Shown piece after piece: positions 57,489 to 64,000 of a stretch of 64,000 nt of DNA. Position numbers and translations under genes: made by a program. Location of the stretch: positions 1 to 64,000 of the IMG/VR virus record IMGVR_UViG_3300032323_001417; one strand, 5' to 3'. This DNA is from a virus. The notes beneath the pieces were generated by a model. It was given only the letters and a program-made list of their open reading frames with translations. It was not told where the DNA came from and did no database searches. The first letter of the stretch is position 1; every line of letters starts with the position of its first letter.

Positions 57489-58090
57489 TGGTAAGTCCTG
57501 CATATTTAAATTCTAGAAAAAAATGGGATAGACCACAGGCAATAATTTGGTCAAATAACTCAGCTGGAATTATTAATGGAGTGCCTCAAATTACTGGGTC
57601 TGAAGGAGAAGATTTCTTAATTCTTTCTGATCACAATAGATCTCCTGTTGACTTTTCTGTAGATAGAATTGAAAATAGAAAAAGAATGGTAAATGGTCAC
57701 ATGCGTTCTTATCATATTGCAGATAAATTAAAAGTTTCAACTAACTGGAATCTTTTGCCATCTAGAGCATTTAATAAAGACCCAGATTTTTCAGAAAATG
57801 GAAATCCGACTGCTATAAATACTATAAACAATCCACTAACAGAATATACTGCTGATGGTGGTGCAGGTGGATCAGACTTGTTGAACTGGTACAACAACAA
57901 TCCTGGATCATTCTATATGTTTATATCATATGACAAGAATTCAAAATTGAACGATGTGCCTTATCAAAATTTAGCAACATATTCAGAAGTTATTGAAGTT
58001 TATTTTTCATCATTTACTTACAATGTTGTAAAAAGAGGCGCAACCAATCACGACCTTTGGGATATTTCTATCTCACTTGAGGAAGTATAA
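57488..58090 (+). CDS. Distal tail/minor tail protein
   Basis: Directly after TMP; ends ISLEEV. Confidence 0.6.
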   Translation: MVSPAYLNSRKKWDRPQAIIWSNNSAGIINGVPQITGSEGEDFLILSDHNRSPVDFSVDRIENRKRMVNGHMRSYHIADKLKVSTNWNLLPSRAFNKDPDFSENGNPTAINTINNPLTEYTADGGAGGSDLLNWYNNNPGSFYMFISYDKNSKLNDVPYQNLATYSEVIEVYFSSFTYNVVKRGATNHDLWDISISLEEV

Positions 58091-61000
58091 TGTTTTTTGA
58101 TAATGATTTAATTACTCATCTTAAGACCAATAACTCTCTTCAAGTTGATTCCCTGATTATTGCTGAATGGAATCAGAATGACTTGTCAAATATTGAAAAT
58201 TATGGAAACTATAGATGGAGACCGTCAAGTGCAAGTGTGGACGTTTTTAGAAACTTAGCACCATCATATGATCCAAATGATGATGGAAATTTTTATACTG
58301 GAGCCTTGGAGTCTAAGTATATTTCTGAATATAGAGTAGATAGTGGAAGTCCACTAACTTTTTTAACAGATCAAGAAGAGATGCAGCTATTCTATTCGCT
58401 TAAAGATTGTTTTAAGCCGTTTAGACCAAGGTCTGGAATTAATAAGATGTTGTTTTTTGGAGACCTAGATGAAGGAAAAATTAAATTTGTTGATAGTGTT
58501 AGGTCTGGAAGAAGACCAAGATATTACTTTTGTTCAAAAAATGATCAATTTAAATATTGGACATCATTTAGAAAAGATAATGGTGTTGAAGTTGGAATTT
58601 CTTCTCTAACTGCAAGAGGTCTTGATTCAAATTTTGGATATGAGATAACCGACTCAGCACCATTTGTTGTTTATAAAGAAGAGGTTGCTGCAAATAGAAT
58701 TGTTGTAAAGATGCAGACCAACTTAGCAGACGATTTAGTTTTTGGAGTTGATGGAGAGCCAGTTGTTTCTTCAACAATTAGAAGAGAAAATTCTGTAATT
58801 GCAGACCCACTTTCCGATAGGTCAAAGTCTAGTATTCCTAAAAAATGGAAGATTCAATATCTTGATTCAGGAAATAATTGGTTAGACGCTGTATCTTTTG
58901 ATGAAAATTCTTTTAGATCAGATGGTTCTGATATTGTTCCTTGGGATGGATATGTTGAAATATCTTATGGAGTAAAGATTCCACAAGTATATAGAGAAAA
59001 CTTTCACTTTATAGACTACATAAGCTCTTCTGTACAATTACCAGCAGACACAATTAATGGAGAGGCATACATCCTATTAGAAAATGATTTAGATCCTGGA
59101 GTTTTATGGGTTTGGAATACAAGATTAAATGATTGGGAAACTTCAAATGTGGAGTATGGTTTTTCATTGTTAGAAAATGACGATACAAAAAGAACTGGAA
59201 TAGTAACAAGTCTGGTTGATCCTAAATATTTTCTTAGAAATGAAATTCCAACTTATCGAGATATTGTATTTCTAAAGGGTCTAAGGGTTGTCGTTGAAAC
59301 AATGGCATCTCCAAATAGAACATTTGATTTAATAGAAATGTCACCAAGGTTAAAAGCTGATGTATCTAAATATGTAATAGATTTTGAAATAAACAAAGAT
59401 ATTGCTGCAACAGACTACGGGCTTCCAGTAGGAGCACTGGTAGCATCAACTGGTCAAATAAACTTATCAAATCATGATGGTGCTTTTACTAGATTAAACG
59501 TTTTTAACCAAGATGAAAAAACTGGAAGTATTATTTCTGGAAATTTAAGACCACAAACAAAGTTTGACTTTTATGAAACAGTTTTAAATGTACAAGGATA
59601 TGACAAGTTTATTCCTTTGAAAACTTTTTATTCAGAAAATTCTGCAGAAAGTTATGGTGGTTTTTCAGATGTATCTTTAACACTAAGAGATGCCTTTTTT
59701 AGATTTGAGTCAGAAATGGCAACGCCAATATTTTTACAAAACTGCACACTTACAATGGCTGTTGCGGTACTTCTAGACAACATTGGTTTTGGAAACTATG
59801 TATTTAAAAATATAACTACTGCAAACGATCCAGTAATTCCATTTTTCTTTGTAGAGCCAGACATATCAGTTGCAGAAGTTTTGCAAAGACTTGCCCAGTC
59901 TACACAAACAGCAATGTTTTTTGATGAATATAACAACTTCTGCATGATGCCAAAAGAATATCTAATACCTGACTATTCTATTAGTGATAGTAATTCTTCA
60001 ATATCAGAAAGACTAGTCAATCTTTATGGGCAGAAAGAGATTGGATCAGTTCCAAATATTGAATTTATTTCAGGGGTAGATTCAAAAATTATTAACGATG
60101 GTCAGATTAACTATACAACAAGATATATTCAAAGAGATGTTCCAAACCTAGAACAGGCACAAATAAACCCTAATGATAGAACCTACTCATACAAGTCTTC
60201 GATACTCTGGGAGCTAGGAGATCAAGATGAGGCAAGAACTATCAATCAGCCTATGGGAAAAAATGGTTATAGCCTAGGAGCCGTTACCTTAAATACAGAA
60301 CTTTCTTCTACAGTTCCATATGTAGAAAACAATCAAATACAAGCAAACATAATTGACGTTGGAGAAAGTGGATATCTTCTTCCAAGATTCCAAGGTTATT
60401 TATATGCTAACGGTGAAATTATAAGATATGATGCTCAAGAATATGAAGTTACTGGTGTTGGAACTGTTTGGATAACAAATAATAATGAATACCAAAAATA
60501 TTTTTCAAAACTTGCTTTTAACGGAAAAATGATTGTTACTGGAAATCTAAGAATTTATACTGAGCCATTTTATCAAGAATCTCCAGGAGCCAACCAAGAT
60601 GGATTAGAGTCTGGAGTTGTTTACAAAAATGGACCAGTTAGTTCTCACGGTAGAGGTCAGTTTGGAACTTCTGTAACTAGCCATTCTTCAGAATTAAACC
60701 CCTATTGGGAAAGTTCTAAGCAAGCCTTTAGAATGAATTCAAGTTTATTGTTTAGCACAACTCCTACAGAATCAATCAAGTATCCCCCACTTTTAACGAC
60801 AACTGCAGGACTTAGAAGTGATGACAATGCAAGAGATAACGCTGTGGTTTCTGGAAAAATTGCAAGCTTGCTTAGAAGAACTGTTAGAGCCGAAAATAAC
60901 TATTCTACAGCAAATCAACTAGAAGCAGGAACAGTACAGTCTTCAGCACTTATTCTTTCGGGTTCAAGAACTTCTTCTCAGGCATCTAGCCCACGAGACT

Positions 61001-62580
61001 TGATAACCTATGTGTACAAAAATTTTCCAAATAGTGACTTTAAGCATGTTGGAACTAGAATGAGAATAATTGGAAAAAAGGTTGATGAAACAAATCAAAT
61101 TCCAGATAACTCTACAACATATTTTACAACTGACATAAATGGAGAAGCTTCTTCAATCTCTGGTGGATCTGGAGGTCTTGGTTTTATGGTTGACAATGTA
61201 ACAAAATCTGGGTACTATTTTGAAATTATGTCATTGTCTAAAGATGTAATTTCTTCTTTTTCTACAGAAAAAAATAAGGACAGTGTTCTAGAAAATATTA
61301 TATTTTACAAGATTCCGCCACAAAATGTAAGATATCCACATGCTGGAATTGATGCAAATGGAAATGAAAGTCAGTCTATTGTTGTAAATGCAGATGGAAA
61401 AGAAAATTTTGCACAGCCCATAAAACTATGGGGAACTTTGGCAAAAGTTTTAGTTGACGAAGGCATGTTCTTTGGTATGGATAGAATGGCTTCTCAAGAC
61501 AATCCAACAGTCCACGATCTTGGAATTGAGTTTGAAAGACTTGGATCATCTGTTAAATTTTATTTATATCTAAACAACGTTTTAATTGCTACTGTTATTG
61601 ATAACAATCCACTGCCATCAGTAACTACTGACACAGTGTTTAGCACATGCTTATTTGTTAGAGGTGGATCAAAGTGCATGTTTGAAAATATTTATGCATT
61701 AAGAAATAGAGCAATTCAGTCAGAAAATGTAACGGCAATATCCTTAGATAATTTAGGAACTTCTTCAAGAAATAGCCTGGCAGCCTTTGGAGATAACAAT
61801 ATATCAATTTCAGAGTCATTAAGAAAGTATGCCCTTTCTGGAATTGTTCAGTCAACATATCTTTCTTCAATTGGAACAGAAAGACCTAGAGGATTTGACA
61901 TGTATTTTGAAGAATTCGGAACAATTTTAAGAGAATGTGCCTATTTTAATATTAAGTATGATCAGGCATACCCAGCAATAATTGCAAGAATGCTTCCACC
62001 ACTAAATAATGAAAAAGTCTATACAGTTTCAGGATTTTTACCAGGATCCTACGGTGCAGAGTTTTTGTTGTTCAACAGCTCTGATAGAATAATATCACTT
62101 GCTGATAGTTCTGCAAATAAGATAGTTATAACTGGAATTACATTTACACAAAATATATCAAATGTTCTTACAGTTGATGACTATCTTGGAGATAGGGCAA
62201 ACTTGTCAGATCCAATAATTATTGATAACGTTATAAGGTCTCCACAGTTAGCACAGAAATTTTATGATAATATTAGAAATAGTAGATCTATTTATGGAAA
62301 AAAATCATTTTCTCTTAACTCTTTATATGTTCAAAATGAAGATTCTGCAAAAGATTTAATGGGGTGGATGATTGATAAAACAATGAAAAGTAGAAAAGTA
62401 ATTACTGTAAATACATTTGGAACTCCTCATATTCAGCTTGGAGATATTGTTAAAATAGATTATGATTTGCCAGAGGGTGTAAAATTTGTAGAAACAGATA
62501 AAAGATTTATTGTTACTTCTATGAAGTATTCAAGATCCTCATCTGACATAAAAACTTCATTAAACTTGGTAGAGGTGTAA
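58090..62580 (+). CDS. Large minor tail/baseplate hub protein
   Basis: Synteny; C-terminal GTPHIQLGDIVKI hub-like motif. Confidence 0.65.
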   Translation: MFFDNDLITHLKTNNSLQVDSLIIAEWNQNDLSNIENYGNYRWRPSSASVDVFRNLAPSYDPNDDGNFYTGALESKYISEYRVDSGSPLTFLTDQEEMQLFYSLKDCFKPFRPRSGINKMLFFGDLDEGKIKFVDSVRSGRRPRYYFCSKNDQFKYWTSFRKDNGVEVGISSLTARGLDSNFGYEITDSAPFVVYKEEVAANRIVVKMQTNLADDLVFGVDGEPVVSSTIRRENSVIADPLSDRSKSSIPKKWKIQYLDSGNNWLDAVSFDENSFRSDGSDIVPWDGYVEISYGVKIPQVYRENFHFIDYISSSVQLPADTINGEAYILLENDLDPGVLWVWNTRLNDWETSNVEYGFSLLENDDTKRTGIVTSLVDPKYFLRNEIPTYRDIVFLKGLRVVVETMASPNRTFDLIEMSPRLKADVSKYVIDFEINKDIAATDYGLPVGALVASTGQINLSNHDGAFTRLNVFNQDEKTGSIISGNLRPQTKFDFYETVLNVQGYDKFIPLKTFYSENSAESYGGFSDVSLTLRDAFFRFESEMATPIFLQNCTLTMAVAVLLDNIGFGNYVFKNITTANDPVIPFFFVEPDISVAEVLQRLAQSTQTAMFFDEYNNFCMMPKEYLIPDYSISDSNSSISERLVNLYGQKEIGSVPNIEFISGVDSKIINDGQINYTTRYIQRDVPNLEQAQINPNDRTYSYKSSILWELGDQDEARTINQPMGKNGYSLGAVTLNTELSSTVPYVENNQIQANIIDVGESGYLLPRFQGYLYANGEIIRYDAQEYEVTGVGTVWITNNNEYQKYFSKLAFNGKMIVTGNLRIYTEPFYQESPGANQDGLESGVVYKNGPVSSHGRGQFGTSVTSHSSELNPYWESSKQAFRMNSSLLFSTTPTESIKYPPLLTTTAGLRSDDNARDNAVVSGKIASLLRRTVRAENNYSTANQLEAGTVQSSALILSGSRTSSQASSPRDLITYVYKNFPNSDFKHVGTRMRIIGKKVDETNQIPDNSTTYFTTDINGEASSISGGSGGLGFMVDNVTKSGYYFEIMSLSKDVISSFSTEKNKDSVLENIIFYKIPPQNVRYPHAGIDANGNESQSIVVNADGKENFAQPIKLWGTLAKVLVDEGMFFGMDRMASQDNPTVHDLGIEFERLGSSVKFYLYLNNVLIATVIDNNPLPSVTTDTVFSTCLFVRGGSKCMFENIYALRNRAIQSENVTAISLDNLGTSSRNSLAAFGDNNISISESLRKYALSGIVQSTYLSSIGTERPRGFDMYFEEFGTILRECAYFNIKYDQAYPAIIARMLPPLNNEKVYTVSGFLPGSYGAEFLLFNSSDRIISLADSSANKIVITGITFTQNISNVLTVDDYLGDRANLSDPIIIDNVIRSPQLAQKFYDNIRNSRSIYGKKSFSLNSLYVQNEDSAKDLMGWMIDKTMKSRKVITVNTFGTPHIQLGDIVKIDYDLPEGVKFVETDKRFIVTSMKYSRSSSDIKTSLNLVEV

Positions 62581-62581
62581 G

Positions 62582-63514
62582 ATGAGTGAAAATTCAGGTC
62601 CAGCAGGTGCAGGACATTCTCCAAACAAACCAAAGGTTAATACTTCAGATGCAGCAGATGTAGCAAGGGCTAAAGCAGCAGCAGCAGCTAAAGCAAAAGC
62701 TGACAAGATAGCTGCAGATGCAGCAGCGGCAGCAGAAAGAAAGCGTCAAGCAGATGCAGCAGCAGCAGCGGCAGCAGCAAGGGCTTCAGCAGCAGCGGCA
62801 GCAGCAGCAGCAGAAGCAGAAAGAAAAAGAAGAGAAGCAGAGGAAAAGAGGAGAAGAGAAGAAGAAGAAAGAAAAAGAAAAGAAGAAGAAGAAAGAAGAA
62901 GAAGGGAAGAAGAAGAAAGAAGAAGAAGGGAAGAAGAAGAGGCAGAAAGACAAAGACAGATAGCAGAAAAAGCAAGACTTGCAGAAATTGCAGCAAGAGC
63001 ATTAAGGGGTTCTTCAGAATTTGGTGTTGTTAAAAATCCAACTAGGGATGTTTTAGACATTGGTTCTTTAAACCCATCTGCAAATGCAGCAAGACTTCAA
63101 AGAATTCTTTGGGAAAATATGTCTGCAATCGAACTTTCTACTGTTTTAAGACATGACACAGTAGATGGAATTAGACAAAGGTATGAAATAATTAGCAACC
63201 TATCTGAATTAAGAAAAAGATATGATGCTACAAAAGAACTTTCTGTATTGGATAAATCATCTTTGCCATATTCAGAATTTACCATTGACCTATCTTCAAA
63301 AATACCAGATTCTGCATATATTTCTAACAATGGGTTAGATTCAACTTATCAGTATGTTGATACAGATGGGGTATCGATTGTTGAAGTAGAAAAAGGATAT
63401 ATATACGTTGCAAGTAATGGTGATATTGTCATAGAATTAGATAATTTATTATCATCAGAAATAGCCCAGGTCCAAATAGACTCTGGTGGTACAATGTATG
63501 AGGTGAATAATTAA
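62582..63514 (+). CDS. Virion protein with Ala-rich and E/R/K-rich helical tract
   Basis: ORF track; low-complexity 62660-63000. Confidence 0.65.
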   Translation: MSENSGPAGAGHSPNKPKVNTSDAADVARAKAAAAAKAKADKIAADAAAAAERKRQADAAAAAAAARASAAAAAAAAEAERKRREAEEKRRREEEERKRKEEEERRRREEEERRRREEEEAERQRQIAEKARLAEIAARALRGSSEFGVVKNPTRDVLDIGSLNPSANAARLQRILWENMSAIELSTVLRHDTVDGIRQRYEIISNLSELRKRYDATKELSVLDKSSLPYSEFTIDLSSKIPDSAYISNNGLDSTYQYVDTDGVSIVEVEKGYIYVASNGDIVIELDNLLSSEIAQVQIDSGGTMYEVNN

Positions 63515-64000
63515 TGATAACTAATGACGGAAAAAACATTATTGCAAAATATTTGCTAAACCAAGCCCCAGAGTTTGCTAGCCATATTGCAATTGGTGTT
63601 GGTGGACATGCCTTACCTGTTGCCTCAGCAAGTTATTCTGCATCTGTTTCTCCAGTATTTTCTAGCACATCCAAATCTCTTGACTTTGAAGCACTTAGAG
63701 TTCCAATTTTATCTAAAGGTCTTATTAAAGAATTAAATGAAGAAACAGATGAGTATGTTGAAAAAATTGTCTTTAAGGCAGAACTTCCAACTGATCAAAG
63801 ATTGCAAATTACAGAAATTGGACTATTTCCCTCAGACTCAAATAGTCTAGCAGAAAGGTTTGGAAGCAAAACTCTTTCATCTTTTACTAATTCTGAGCCG
63901 TGGACATATTCAAGGTTTGGATCTGGATCTGTTGTCCCATACATTAATGAAGCACTAGACTCTTATGACGGAGAAATTTCTCCAGGAGATATAATTAGAC
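63514..64000 (+). CDS. Structural protein, N-terminal part (runs off window)
   Basis: MITNDGKNIIAKYLLNQAPEFASHIAIGVG...; TAATG coupling; open to window end. Confidence 0.7.
   Translation, partial: MITNDGKNIIAKYLLNQAPEFASHIAIGVGGHALPVASASYSASVSPVFSSTSKSLDFEALRVPILSKGLIKELNEETDEYVEKIVFKAELPTDQRLQITEIGLFPSDSNSLAERFGSKTLSSFTNSEPWTYSRFGSGSVVPYINEALDSYDGEISPGDIIR

Noticed and set aside
62688-63330. Leu-, Ser- or Gln/Lys-rich alternative-frame ORFs
   Set aside because: Artefacts of the low-complexity tract in 62582-63514.
1-64000. Stop-codon reassignment
   Set aside because: Standard code gives dense, full-length genes, and TAG, TGA and TAA all terminate coupled genes.

Overview
64 kb of a large tailed (siphovirus-like) phage genome. 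The host is most likely an actinobacterium, based on a DRCDRCG Zn-finger protein, an actinobacterial-type IF2 N-domain, near-leaderless genes and actinobacterial-type operator motifs. Two parts. (1) 1-~11.2 kb is an early/host-takeover region of about 35 short genes plus tRNA-Asp, transcribed divergently from ~9.2 kb. It is built from repeated regulatory cassettes. Fifteen promoters read TGTCAG-N10-TAnnnT (14 exact), which is the geometry of the actinobacterial PafBC/RecA-NDp DNA-damage promoter. Interleaved with them are 8 perfect DnaA boxes, a LexA-type box, CRP-like, PhoP-like and GACAC sites, a GC-rich boundary motif, a conserved ACCTAC leader, two copies of a small pseudoknot and a ~240-nt structured RNA. 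Cargo includes a stand-alone IF2 N-domain and an ArfA-like basic peptide. (2) 11.2-64 kb is the + strand late region: tail fibres, a Cys-ladder protein followed by a putative virion-modification cluster, holin, glycosyltransferase, class II RNR, portal, protease/scaffold, major capsid, head-tail genes, major tail, frameshifted chaperones, a modular tape measure protein with an ADP-ribosyltransferase-like insert, and baseplate genes. All calls come from reading the sequence by eye; no searches were run.
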